44,506 nt of DNA, taken from contig MU271518.1 of assembly GCA_021432655.1 (NCBI GenBank), positions 1 through 44,506 of the forward strand. The letters are read 5' to 3'. This document shows positions 1-19,499 of the stretch, piece after piece (position 1 is the stretch's first letter; each line of letters starts with the position of its first letter). The notes below the pieces were generated by a model. The model did no database searches. It was not told where the DNA came from and saw only the letters and a program-made list of their open reading frames with translations. The translations under genes were made by a program, and so were the position numbers. Source of the stretch: Atractiella rhizophila. Its lineage: Eukaryota.

Positions 1-3680
<3,680 letters not shown>

Positions 3681-3903
3681 GGCTCGTTCGTGCCTTGTAT
3701 AAGCTGTGGAAGCCGTGACGCAGGGCTGCAGATTTTTGGTGGTCTTGCTGTAGTCAGGGCGGACTACATCACGTGGTTCGAAAGCGTGTAGCCTTTTAAG
3801 TTTCTTGGACGCGTTGCACCAACTTTCTTATTTATACTGCTCTCTTCTTTGTTTCCTCTTCTTATACTCCACGAAGTTTTGCTCTTTTCCACGCGCAGTC
3901 GTC
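3681..3903. promoter_or_regulatory. Short divergent (bidirectional) promoter region between PRP43 and the F-box gene
   Basis: Head-to-head ATGs at 3680 (-) and 3904 (+). The region contains a CACGTG at 3770-3775, a tgtagtc/gactaca hairpin at 3749-3768 and a pyrimidine tract. Confidence 0.45.
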
Positions 3904-5729
3904 ATGGACGCCTACGAACGCGGATATTCCTCCCTCTCCACATTCCTTCACGACTGGCTCATCTCTCAAACATCCATAATCTGCCTCAACGGCGCAACGA
4001 AAGAAATGGAGATGCTCCAGCGAATGGGAGTTGTCGCAGGCTAGGTTGAGGAGGTCCATGGCTGGAGGAAACTGGGCGGAAAGTCGAGGTTGGTGCTTTC
4101 CTTCGCTCATGCATTGAAGGAGAATTCACATCGAACCTTTGGAAGTATACGTCGAGAGGTAGAAAAGCTCTTATTAGACACACCTTTTCCTCCAGCCTTT
4201 GCCGACAAGGAAATGGAGAACGAGGAAGAGATGTCTCGAAATTCACACTGCGACTTCATGAGCAGAGTCAGGAGTTTTCTCCTGCCAAACCTGCCCAGTC
4301 CAAGACTTTGCAGCGTTCCTTCGACTGTTCACCGTACTGCAATTGCAAAACGTCATCGATCATGGCGACCACTTTCGGCTCTAGAGGAACTGCCTACCGA
4401 ACTTATCGCTGAGATTTTTCGACATGTGTCGAGTTGGAAGGAGGCTAGTTCCCTCCTGCTTCTCAGCAAGCGGCTCTATCCCATTGTTCGCTTCCCTTTT
4501 CTCTTTATTGTCCCACATATTCGCTGAACCCGGTATCTGCGTCGAAGATAGGACAACGTCTGCTGTCCCGACCACCACCGGTCTCCACCCCAAACCAAAT
4601 TTTTCTCCTCTCTCGACTCCGCTCCTTCCTTCCCCTCTCCCCCCTCCTCCACCTCTCATTCACTCCAGGTTCCTCCTTCCGTTCCCGGCGCTGTCCATGC
4701 CCTCACCACGCCAGTTTCACGCTCCAAATCATGCTCGTCAAATGCCTCTCGCTCTCATCCTCCTCCCTCATCTCCCTCAGCCTTGGATACCTCCACAACT
4801 TCTCCTTTTCGGATTCAGAGATGAAAGCCTTGAGGAACCTGAAGCTCTTAAAACATTTGGATATGTATGACCTGGGGGCCGGACTCGTACTTGACCTTCT
4901 AGACGCATTTCCTTCCCTTGTGTCCCTCACGACCCGAAACACCCTCGTCGGTCGGCGAGAGCATGTCTGGTTCTCAGAGCGGTCACTCCCTCAACCAACA
5001 ATGCGGGCAGACGCCTACCCTACGATCCTGTATCGCGACAAGAGCAAGAAGTTCCAAGCTGATCACGGGCTGAAGCACTTCCTCCCATCATCGCTGCGAT
5101 ACCTCCACCTCCCACCAACATCCACAGGATGCATCGTCCCCCTCCTCGCCAGCCTGATACGGGTAGGGAGGAACACTGACATCCCTCTCGCTCTCCCTCC
5201 TCTCATATCGCTCACCATCAACACGAAAGAAGTGGATCAGGGCGAGGCGGCCGTGCTCTCTCCCCTCCTGCAAGCAATAGCGCCTACAATCGAGAAACTC
5301 AAGATCTGCGGTGCGAGCGAAACGTCCGAAGTAGCACATTCGTCGCTTTATGAAGAACTGAGGAACTGTCCAAAACTGCAAGAGCTGGAATTGAGAGCCT
5401 TCCATCTCCCCGATTGGGAGGCGGGGAAAGACTTTGGGCCTTTCACGCCCTCCATCGTGAACTTGTCTATCGTGGAATGCGGGGGGGAAGGTATGAACGC
5501 CAACCTCTGGATCGCGTCTCTCGCAAGCTCGCTTGCTTCTCAGTCCTTCGGATTCGGAGAGGTAAATGCTGGAATGCACCTTCGCGCCTTATCCATGGAT
5601 CGATCCTCGTATTTGGCAATGAAGACGACTACAGGGCGTGGGTGGAGTGCAAGCCGAGCAAAATTAATTAGACTTTTCAAAAAGAGGAAGTTGGCATTCG
5701 ACTTCAGGACCTTTTCGTTCCAGAGTTGA
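3904..5729 (+). CDS. F-box protein with Leu-rich C-terminal region (in-frame TAG at 4042-4044; alternative start ATG 4213)
   Basis: F-box motif LEELPTELIAEIFRHV...SLLLLSKRLYPI. An intron at 4486-4547 (GTTCGC...gctgaac...AAG) joins it in frame to ORF 4731-5729, which has LRR-like LRNLKLLKHLDM and LRNCPKLQELEL. Confidence 0.72.
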
Positions 5730-6999
5730 GCCTTCGTTGAAGCTGGAACGATCATGCTGTAGTAGCATCCGCCTGAGTTTATAACCATTCCTAGACCATG
5801 CGTTACATGAATTCTCCCAGTCTGTTTGTTAAACGTTTGGGTTTAATTTCCAAGATCAATGCTTCATTCAAGTCATCAACAAAAGTTCAGATCAGCTTCA
5901 GCATTAGATTGTGATGTATCATTCTGTTCGTTATCATAGCATTAACATCGTCGACGTGATTTATTGTCTGTTTCAGACCACGTCACCGGCATATCTGTTT
6001 TAACACAATGTTTTATCATAAAAATATAATTATTGAATATCTCTTCACAGAATGCAAATTTCGCATCAAATTGCATGCGCTCCAGCCGCTTAGCTTTTAG
6101 TGTTGAAGTTGTCCAGTTGAGCTGTCAATTTGCTCATGTGGACGGAACCTGCCTGGGAAGAAACCATAATTTGCCCTTTCATTCTGGCAGTACAGTATGT
6201 CCTCCTCAGCCGTCCCATCCAGTCAGCTCGTCTAGAATTCACTACTACGGTAATTGGAATAATTTGAGCCGTGCAGCTCTCTGCTCCCAATTTCTTGGAA
6301 GATTTGATCAGAAAGGAGAACACGATACCACAGATCAGAATCTCGGTGCACACAGTCCATGAACTTAATTGGTAGGCCGTGTGCTGTGATGCATCTATCG
6401 AGATATATTTCTTTGTATGGTTTAGATCAGAGACAAGGCTCAGTAACCGTCTAAATAATCACTGAGGGCTTGAACACTTGGAGCACGCGGCTGAATGCGT
6501 TGATAACACTTCCACCACAATCAGGCAGTTCTGTAAATTCACCAGTATAAGCGAAGTGAAAGCTGTCAAATGATATCCATCTTTTTGGAAGAAGCGACGG
6601 ACAACGCGCAGCCAGAAAAATCGCCACTCAGCTCAGCCTGCTCTGTCTAATCTCCCCGTTCCATGAACTTCTTGTTCCAGGCCTAAGGCTACCCGCACCT
6701 CACACCTTGCAACTTGATCTTGCAACTTGGTCAAGGGGAGAGATTAAGTTGATGAGGATTAACGTAGCAAACTCACACAAACCAGGACAAACAGATCGAC
6801 CACACGAGATCCGGTAAACAACTTTCCACATTGAAGGGACATTCATTATCGACCTCGAACCTACTTCTAAAGGCCATCCTACTTCAAGTCATCGTTTTAA
6901 GATCGAGTACGCCTATTTTGACCTTGAGCTGAGGTTTTGACGCTGAAATGTATCTGCCTCAGAGATCCCGCCGTAGTCCATAACACCTCGAAATCCAAC

Positions 7000-8620
7000 A
7001 TGGTGCGTCCTCTCTATTATGTTTAGAAAGGGTGTTTAAGAGTGTCCCAACAGCTCAGAAAGTTTTCCAATTTGAAGTCGAAATCCTTTTCCAAGCTTGG
7101 GAAAGGAAGGTTACGCACCAAACAAGCCCTTGGTCCCAATCCCGCTCCATCTACGCCTGCGAGCGAGGCAACAGCGGTGAGCCACCTCCTCTATATTTCA
7201 GCAAATACGTGAAACAAATTACCTTTCCAGAGTGTCAGAAAGACAATCGTGCTGGATAACAGCATTGTACACTGGGTTCCCGAAACTAGTGACGAAGAAG
7301 CGGGACCCTTCATCGGGGGAGCTCACGCAAGCCACACAGCTTCCCAACAAGCTCCCAGTCCTGCTACCTCCAATGAAATGGCGATTGTGAGTATCTTCTT
7401 TGGTTTCTTGCTATTCCTTCGAATAAATCACCGTTTAGAACGTTGAAAAGGCAACCGTGGGGGTCAATTACATCGGATGCGTCGTGGAAGCTTCGGAAGA
7501 AGAGGGGGGACTCCTCAACAGGGTGGTTTCCACAAGCACCGCTTCGTCTGATACAGAATGCTATCGAGTTCCTTCTTTTGCCACCACAGTCTCCGGCACG
7601 TCCCAGGATGACCTGGACGACAGGAGCAAGGGGGAAGAAGACCGCGTGGGCGATAAGAGAAAGGAGGAAGATGTCGTGGGCAACAGGAGCGAGGACGTCG
7701 TGCCAAACGATTGCGATGCAGCAGGTAATGTGAACTTGGTCGTTGAGAATTTGAAAGACGAGAACGAGGACGAGGACGACGATCCGGCGACACTCAGCAC
7801 TTTTAGGAAGAAGGAGAATCCAGAAGTGCGAGTAGCTGAAGCAGTGAGTCAACCGGAGGAATTCACTCTCAAGGAAGGCTTCGTCAAGGTGCCACTGCAA
7901 CTCCCTGCGGACGACGAAACAAGGGCTTCTGCCACTGGGTTTTTGAGAGTGGTTTGGAAGGGCTGGTACGAGTTCGCGTGGGGTGAACTCCAAGGTCGCT
8001 GGAAGAAGTGGTCAGACGAGACTACTTTGGCGCAAGTCACGTTCGTAGGTTTGGTGCTTTTGGTTCAAGCGACGTTCTTCTCCTTCTTCGGAATGACGCT
8101 TTTCGACGGTGAATATCTCTTCAAGATATTCGCACCGATTTCCAAGCAGGTACCTGTCATTTGGAACGCAGCGTCAGCCCAATGCATCGCAGCACTCCAC
8201 TACGCGCACTCTACCGTTTTCTTTGTCATCGACTTCTGTATTAAAGTGTTCAAGATGCTGCTCAACCTCTTCCAGATCTACATGGAATCGCGCCAATTGG
8301 GATACGTGCCCCTCTTTCGCCCTATTCCATCGCTTCGAGATCTTTTTCTCGTCACTGCACCGACTTGGATGGGCGGAAAACGCTCCTCAGTGTGGACGGA
8401 CGCGATGATGACGACTTTCTATTGGCACAACCTCTACGTCAAGGTTCCTTTCGGTTTCATCACGACTAATGGTCTCATTGGATATGCCTGGACGCTGGGA
8501 TGGTTGTATTTCTTCCTTTCCTTCCCTATAATCGCCGCTCTCTACGAGCTGAAAGTGTATGGGAGGGTCGTCTGTGCGTTGATTGCTATAAGGTTAGCGC
8601 AGGCGATGCTTTATACTTGA
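7000..8620 (+). CDS. Orphan membrane protein A: basic N-terminus, acidic disordered middle, hydrophobic multi-TM C-terminus
   Basis: Exons 7000-7002 (ATG only), 7054-7176, 7231-7386 and 7439-8620, with phase-consistent GT-AG introns. The C-terminal motif is shared with the gene at 14196-15741. Confidence 0.72.
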
Positions 8621-9744
8621 TTGTCGGGCAAAGTTATTGGCTTGCTTCGAATTTCTTTTTCCTTTTTTTTGCTTGAGTCAAAAATGGCCAAGATCAGAGT
8701 GTTGATGTATGACTAATTGTGATCCTTATCAGTGAAATGAAACTTTTGTACTTGACCAACTCTGGGTTCCAACGATGGGCAAATTACTCGTTTCAAATCC
8801 TGAGCGGATCACTCTCGCAGACTCTCGTCTAGCGAGTGCCTCAGATAGTACAATTGAACAAGCTACTGCATGTCTTCATGAAACGCAGATCAGCTGTCCA
8901 AGCACAGGTTCTTTTCAGGTAGATGGAAGGACACCGACTCCGAATAAATGCATATTTGTCTGTTGTATATTAAAGTCGGAAGAGTGTCGAAAACGGTCAG
9001 GATACCTACTATCTTCTATTCGTTCTACAGCGAGAATTTGAATGATAACAAAACATGGGGTAATAATTGCAAATAAGCAGAGCATCTAGTTGCAAGAGCA
9101 AGCATGTAACAGAGATGCAAGGGAAGGCACAAACAAAATGGTGTAGTGACAAATCCCTTTGCAGTGGTGTAATGGCAATTCCTCTGATCACAGGAATCAC
9201 TGGAACGACAATTCCCTTGTACCACAGCGTAATGATCCCTCTTTACGCTTGCTTGACCAAACTCCACGTTACGATAATAGACATGCATTAACCTTTTGTT
9301 GCACACTTCATGTTAATGCAAGGAAGCTCGCAAAGGGCATCAGCCACCACTGTCACCCATTTGGTTCCCAACAGACGCACTAACGTCGAACTAGAAATTT
9401 TCCTCATCAATCTGATTGATTGTATACATTTGAAGTAAAGAAATCTTTCGCTGATGACTAGCACACGCTGTAATCGTCTCTGCAGAATATTGGATGAAAT
9501 TTTTTGGCTCCAGTGACAGAGACGTAATTCCACTTTCTCGCCAAAACACACCAGAAAATGATTCAAGAGCTCACTTTTCTGCTAATAAGCGGTAGCGCAA
9601 TAAGCCAAGAACCTTTCCTCCTATAGTATAGTAAAAGCCCACGGTTTGCGTTGGTCGTCGTTGTGAGTGTGCCCAGCTTTAGGGTTCGTAGTGAGCAGCT
9701 TAAAACAACCATCTCCTCCATCAGGCAGCATCTGGGCATCAGTC

Positions 9745-13432
<3,688 letters not shown>

Positions 13433-14195
13433 ATCAATCGGGTTTGGCGATCCATGAATCGGCTGGTTTAGTTTTTTAGACTCGAGCTCGCTCTGCTTCT
13501 TATCTTTCTACTTCTCTGTGTGTTGTGTATTCATTGACTTGCTTTATCCCTTCTCCCGCCCTCGTCTACAAAATACTAAAAAAGACCGGTCAGATACCCA
13601 TACAAGTTCATATTCCTTTCTTCTCAGATTCTCTTTTCACTCAGCCTGTTTTGTTCACTTCCATTGACGCTTCACTTTCAGAATACGTCTTATGCCTTTG
13701 AGATGTCGAAAGCATGACGAGAGGAGAGTGGAAGGAGCTTTCCAAGCTCTGGAAGCTCGTGATGGATGACATTTGATTGATTGGCGTTGGCTCTGAATTG
13801 GTTTGCTTGGTTTGATTGCGATGAGGTTTGCGATGCGGTTGCGCGATGTACATTGTTATACACTGATGAAAGAGTTATCCTCCTACTTCTAGCTAACTTC
13901 AAACGATTCTGTTGAAGTTCTGCTCCCATATGCATCATGCTTGCTGTACCTTGTGCTCTTTGCCTTCTTGTAATCAAATCATCTACTGATCAGTTCTTTT
14001 CACTACGCAACCCTCAACAATGCCACTGTCACTTCAGCTGATCCAGAAATCTGAGAGGTTCAAACATCATTTCAGTATAATAATAAGATAAGATACCAAT
14101 TACATGCCATCACAGCGTGAGTAATACTCATCAGACCATCACCATCAAAATAAATCTTCAAACCATGACCAAGCGTTCAAACCATCAATTATGCA

Positions 14196-15741
14196 CTAAA
14201 GCAGAAAACCAATACCTCTCCAAACATCAAAAGCTAGGAATCCCACAGCTGTCACAACTTTGGCCCTCCTGAAGATTCCCTTTTCTCCCAGAAATACCAG
14301 GTCGCAAGGCCGCACATAAGCGCGGACATCAAAAGCCAGGAATCCCACAGCTGTCACAACTTTGGTCTTCCCGAAGATTCCCTTTTCTCCCCAGAAATAC
14401 CAAGTCGCAAGGCCGCACATGAGAGCGGGCCAACCTCCAAAGCGTACCAAGCCGACCATCCAATACATGGCAAAGAACCAAAGGATTGGGATCCAGATAT
14501 AGAGGTTGAACCAGTGGAAAGCATACTGATGCTCTTCGTCCACCTTCGAATGAGGAGGTAGACCACCGAGCCAGGACGGGGCGAGAACACGATAAATGTT
14601 GAGAAGTGGAGGTGGACGGGCGAGCGTTGGGGAGATCCCGAGTTTCTGGCCGAGGGAATGCAGATAATAGATAAATCGGAAACCAACGACGTATGCTTGT
14701 GTGAGGCAAAACAAGGAATTGTATACTGAGAAAAGCTGTCGTCCGCAGAACGCGAAGAGGTCCAAGGAAGAATCGACAATGGAGGTCGTCAGCTGAGCCA
14801 ACTGCAAAGCGTATCCTCCAAAGACGGCGAGGATGACAAAGGGTATTGGGGAAGAGGGGACCTCAACTCCATAGTGCTTGTAAAGCAACTCCACTCCGTC
14901 GTCTCCGAGGTGTTGGAACGGCACCTTCGTGTCCGTCCCATCTTCTTCCATCGTTTCAGTCGTCTGGCTCGTCTCCGTATCGGTGTAATCCCCAGAGGAG
15001 GCGCAAGCGGAGCTCGTGTCATGTTCGCCATGCATTTCGTCTCCTGTTGTCGTGTTTCTGGTGCTCTCCTCCTTCTGCATCTCCGTGAAGCTAACCTGAT
15101 AACCAGAATTATCCTCCTGTTCCTTTCCGATGACAAGCTCCTCCGGTTCTTCCATAAATTTTTTTCTCAAACTGCCTTCACCTGCTCTGAAGTCCACCTC
15201 CTGCTCTTCCTCAAAATCGTCTCCCTCTGTAGAAAGCTGGCCGTCATCGTCGCTTGAAGACAGTTGTTGATGGTTGAGAAGTTGGGAGTGAGTGTGTACA
15301 AGCGACGGTACGCGGGACGGGGGATAAGCGTCAGTGGTTTCGGTTTGAGGTTCCTCGTGCAACTTCGCTTGCGCAGGAGTGGGAGAGGGCAGAGTAAAGT
15401 CCGACGACGCGCCGGCGGAAGGAGGGGGGCTAGTGTCACATCCGTCCTCACTTCCGGAGTTGCGGCTTGTTTCACTCTGCGCGGCGGATTCTGAAACCCT
15501 GGAGCGACGCCCCAGAACCTGATATCTTGTCTGAGAAAGCAAACCAGAGGTAGGTAGAGAGGGACAGACCTTCTTCAGCCCTTTGAAGCCTCCTGTGGAG
15601 ACGGATGGCGCAGAAACAGTCCTTCTCTCCTTCCGTCCAGAAATGGTGGATGGCTTTCTGAATTTCTGAACAAGATTCTTAACACAAGCAATCATGAGCT
15701 TTCTCTCCCTGTCACAAACGCAAGAGCAACAGACGCACCAT
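14196..15741 (-). CDS. Orphan membrane protein B, paralog of 7000-8620
   Basis: 499-aa ORF (includes a probable in-frame intron at ~15519-15569). An upstream ATG at 15739-15741 is followed directly by GTGCGT. Acidic/Ser-Thr middle and hydrophobic C-terminus with APSWLGG...FHWFNLY. Confidence 0.72.
14224..14428. repeat. Two-copy tandem repeat (102/103 bp) in the 3' end of orphan gene B
   Basis: acatcaaaagcyaggaatcccacagctgtcacaactttgg...gtcgcaaggccgcacat starts at 14224 and 14326. Confidence 0.93.
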
Positions 15742-16738
15742 GTTAATATTTAAAAGGGAATAAAAAATGTATTAAACAGCTGTATAGCGTGCTGAACAGG
15801 AATGAGACGACGTTTTACTCGAAAGGAATATGTCGCTCGGATAAGAAAGGTATTGGTACAAAGCCCTCGGTAGCCTTTAAAAGATACTCGTAGCCTTGAG
15901 TTCAAGATGGTGCTGTCATTCGTATTTCGTCCGATTTCGTCGTGGTTGGGGAGAGCGGGACTGCCTGTTCTAGGGTTAGGGTGGACCGACGGATCCGGCG
16001 AAACAACATAGCTGGACTTGCCTTGGCTGTCTTTGAGCTCTGATGAGCTCAGATTAAGTCAAGACGAGAGAGTCTTTCAGTTCACAACTGTTCAGTTCCA
16101 CCTTAGATCCAGACAACAGTTTGCCTCTACAATTCAGAACTTACTGATACGCCGTTGCACCCATCTCACAATAAATTTTGAACTTCGCATAAAGATGCTC
16201 GAGAACCAGGAGACGCAAACGAGGAGGAGGTACCTCGTCGAGGAACTAGTGCATTAGCGGCGCCCGTCGGGCCCGTCTACTCAGCTTAAGCTGACATGAA
16301 ATGAAATAAAATACACCAGTTTGCTCCTTTCTGTCTGAATCTGCACAACATTAACAAGTTGGATAGCGGACAATCATGCCCCAGGCAAGCGAGGCAGTTT
16401 CCCGAGGAACGAGGGCACTCCCACGGTTGCTGCTTTTGGTGTCATTTTCTTCATTAAGCTTCGCTTCCTTATCGATCCCAAAGTGCGATTCCCTTGTGCT
16501 TAGTTCGCCGCGCGAAGTGGCAGTAAGAACCTGAAAATTGGCACAATATTCTACTTCTTTTCGGCGACGATTTGTCACGGAATTGACTGTTTTTGGTGGA
16601 AGGGCGCCCACAAACTCCCCTGGAAGGAAGTTGGATGGATGGACGCGCAAAGAGCGGTGCACAATCTAGTGGTCACATTGCGTGTCCGAATCAGCAACCG
16701 TTCTTGCGCCATCGGCAGATATGACGGGATCTGCGGTT

Positions 16739-16744
16739 TATAAA
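16739..16744 (+). promoter_or_regulatory. Putative TATA box of enoyl reductase 1
   Basis: TATAAA about 90 nt upstream of ATG 16830. Confidence 0.4.
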
Positions 16745-16829
16745 GACGCTCTTTCCCATCCCAACGAGCTGTAGCAGTCAAACCAAGAACGAAAGCTAGT
16801 CTGTCTGATTTGCAGTTACAAGCATCAAC

Positions 16830-18080
16830 ATGTCTCAACAACTCGCAGTCGTGACCACAGGTCTCAAGAGAGAGCTCAAGGCGGTGGAAAAGTATAGACC
16901 AGAGAAAGGGGAGGTCTTGGTCAAGAACGTTGCTGTGGCTGCGAACCCAAAGGATTGGAAGATTCCCTACTACATCCCACAATGGGTGGCCGTGGAAGGT
17001 AACGACGTAGCAGGATATGTGGAGGAGGTGGGAGAAGGTGTGACCGGATTCACTAAAGGAGACAAGGTGCGTTGTCCAGCTCTCTCAGGCTTCTCAACGA
17101 AGCAAAGAATGAGTTCTAATGATGAGGAAAGGTTGCTGGATTCTCAGAGATGATCAAGCATACCAGGAACGGCGCATTCCAGCAATACACCATCGTCCCC
17201 TCCCACACCCTGTTCCCTCTTCCTCCCGAGACTTCCTTTGAAGAAGCTTCTACCTACCCCTTGGCATTCATGACAGCGGCCATCGGTGCGTCGAGTTTCC
17301 TTATCGGGGAGTAATCACTGACAATTACTCCGGTATGATTGCACAGGCCTCTTCCAAAAGCTCAAGCTACCCACTCCTCTCAAACCTGTGAGCGCAGAAG
17401 ACAAGTTCCCGATCCTCATCTGGGGTGCGAGCACCAGCGTTGGAGCTTACGCAGTTCAACTCGCGAAATTGTCTGGATTGGAAGTCATTGGAGTGGCGGG
17501 GAGCAGCACCAAGTACGCAAAAGAGATTGGAGCGGATGAAGGTTCGCCCTTTCCCTCTATCAAACATCTCGAACTATCATCCTGATGAACCGAAATTCCA
17601 GTGATCGACTACCGTGGCAAATCTCCCAAAGAGCTCGCTGCCGCCTTCAGAGCAGCCCTAAACGGTCGAGGCGCTCAAGTGACGCGTGTCTACGATGCGA
17701 TCTCGGAAGAATCGACGCTCGTGCCAATCGTCGAATTCCTCTCTGCCAATCCGAACCCAAGCAAGATAACCACGGTGCTTACGACAGAGGTTACCCTGCC
17801 TGCGGATGGACGCATCGAGAAGCTTAACACGTATGTGAAGGCGGTCCATGAAGATTCGCTCGAGTATGCAGGCACCACGCTGGAGGGCGAGAAGGAGTTC
17901 TCGAAGCAGTGGTATGCCTGGCTGGGAAGAGAGGGCAAGAGGAAGATCCAACCCAACCGCGTAAGGGTCATCCCCGGTGGACTCGCCGCCGTCGACGAGG
18001 GCTTGACGTTGTTGAAGGATGGGAAGGTCAACGCAGAGAAGTTGGTCTTCCGTATTGAGGAAACTAAGGGCTTATTGTGA
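16830..18080 (+). CDS. Zinc-independent MDR oxidoreductase (enoyl-reductase-like, LovC/ToxD/YNL134C type), paralog 1
   Basis: VLVKNVAVAANPKDWK, GNDVAGYVEEVGEGVT, GAFQQY, SFEEASTYP, ILIWGASTSVGAYAVQLAK, NRVRVIPGGL...KVNAEKLV; three introns. Confidence 0.9.
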
Positions 18081-18384
18081 TTCTTTCTGTTTGTTGGACG
18101 AGACTCTCAAATGTAGGCATGCAAAAGAGTAAAAGAGCTTGAATTCCACACTATTTTCGCCTCATTCTCAGTGATTTCCTGATGAACATTCCAAGGGATA
18201 CCCAGAAATCAATGAAAGCAAGCAGACTAAGCAACGAAGCCGGAAAAGGATGATCGTGGTCGCGGTTCAAAGAATCAATTGGAGGCTCGGGATTACAGAC
18301 TGCAACATTGAACAAATTCCTATATACAAATTTCTCGGACAGACTACCGTCAGCCCCTCATAGTACAGCTATCCTGAGGGTTTA

Positions 18385-19499
18385 TCAAGTGCGTTCAACC
18401 TCCTCCCTTCGCTCCACTCCCTGTTCCTCTTCTTCCTCGAGCCTGATCCTGCCTCTGAGCTCCCTCTTCTCCATAAGACTTCGGTATCCGAAGCTAGCTA
18501 TCAGCGTTACGACTAACAGAACGGAGAACATGATGAGAGGAATCTGATCATCCTGCGTTAGTCAATCCAATAAGGAAAAGAAAAGACACACAAAGATGGT
18601 TAGAGGGGTATCGCTTGGTCCGAGGATTATGGTGATAAAGAGATAAATGGTGCCCAGAGTCCAAACGACATCCTTCAAATTGAACAATAAGCGACGTAGG
18701 ATCATGTAAACGAAGAAAACATCCATACGCGCTTCCAAAACACAACACCACAGTCAATCAACCCAATAGCACAGAGCACTCCGAAAGTGATCCATTCTCT
18801 CTTCGTATCGTCATGAGGAGGCAGAGAATGCTTAGGCCGCTCAATACAAATTCCTTGGGACGGGTCTTCCGGATCGCAGACCGTCTTCCATTCGTACCAT
18901 CCAAAGGTGAGGAGGAAGAGGTGCGGCAAATAGAGGTTGATGAAGCTCAAAAGGAACAGATCGGTCGCCCAATCTCCCGTCCACTCTTTCCAGCCTTCTC
19001 TTAATTCAGCCTTCGCTTTCCACCCGCCTTGTTTCTGATTTGCTCCCCATCGCTTCCATTCTCTGATTGCTGCAGCAACCCAAGCCCATCCGCCCAGTAG
19101 CGTGGCTGCGGCGATGAAGCACGTAGCGACGAGGTAGAGGCGAAGGACGTAGAATCCGGCAAACAGGGGAAGGATGAGAAAGATGAATGGGAGAGGAACC
19201 AGTTGAGAAATTGGAACGTTTGAACTAATGAAAGGAGGGAGAACCGAATCTTTCGCGCTCAATAAACGTGGGGTCCTCAAGGAGAGAAAAAGAAGCATAC
19301 AAACAATTCCCACCACGCCTTGGACGAGCCAATAGATTCCGATGAGGAATGCTTTAGGTGTCAACCATGTATAGTAGGTCCGGTTGACCTTTTGAAGTGA
19401 TGGATCGGTAACCGTGGCCAGGAGGATAAGGACGAGAAGATTGATGGCTATTGAGATTGGGACCAAAACGGTGAGAAATTGTTTGAACTTGCTAGCCAT
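18385..19499 (-). CDS. Multi-pass fungal membrane protein, DUF1774-like
   Basis: ORF 18702-19499 has several TM segments (TYYTWLTPKAFLIGIYW). Two more exons give DVVWTLGTIYLFITI and IPLIMFSVLLVVTL...RGRIRLEEEE, with the stop at 18385-18387. The family name is from recollection only. Confidence 0.65.

Noticed and set aside
3745..3795. Hairpin plus GGTTCGAA resembling a tRNA T-loop
   Set aside because: No acceptor or anticodon stems; cannot fold a cloverleaf.
9140..9250. Degenerate repeats (gacaa[a/t]tccctt...gtaatg) and short ORFs upstream of YAK1
   Set aside because: Too degenerate to define a unit, and no recognisable transposase or peptide-precursor pattern.
15971..15982. TAGGGTTAGGGT telomere-like motif upstream of orphan gene B
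   Set aside because: Fewer than two full repeats; compatible with chance or a simple promoter motif.
16281..16294. Perfect palindrome TCAGCTTAAGCTGA
   Set aside because: Isolated 14-mer with no second copy or associated element.
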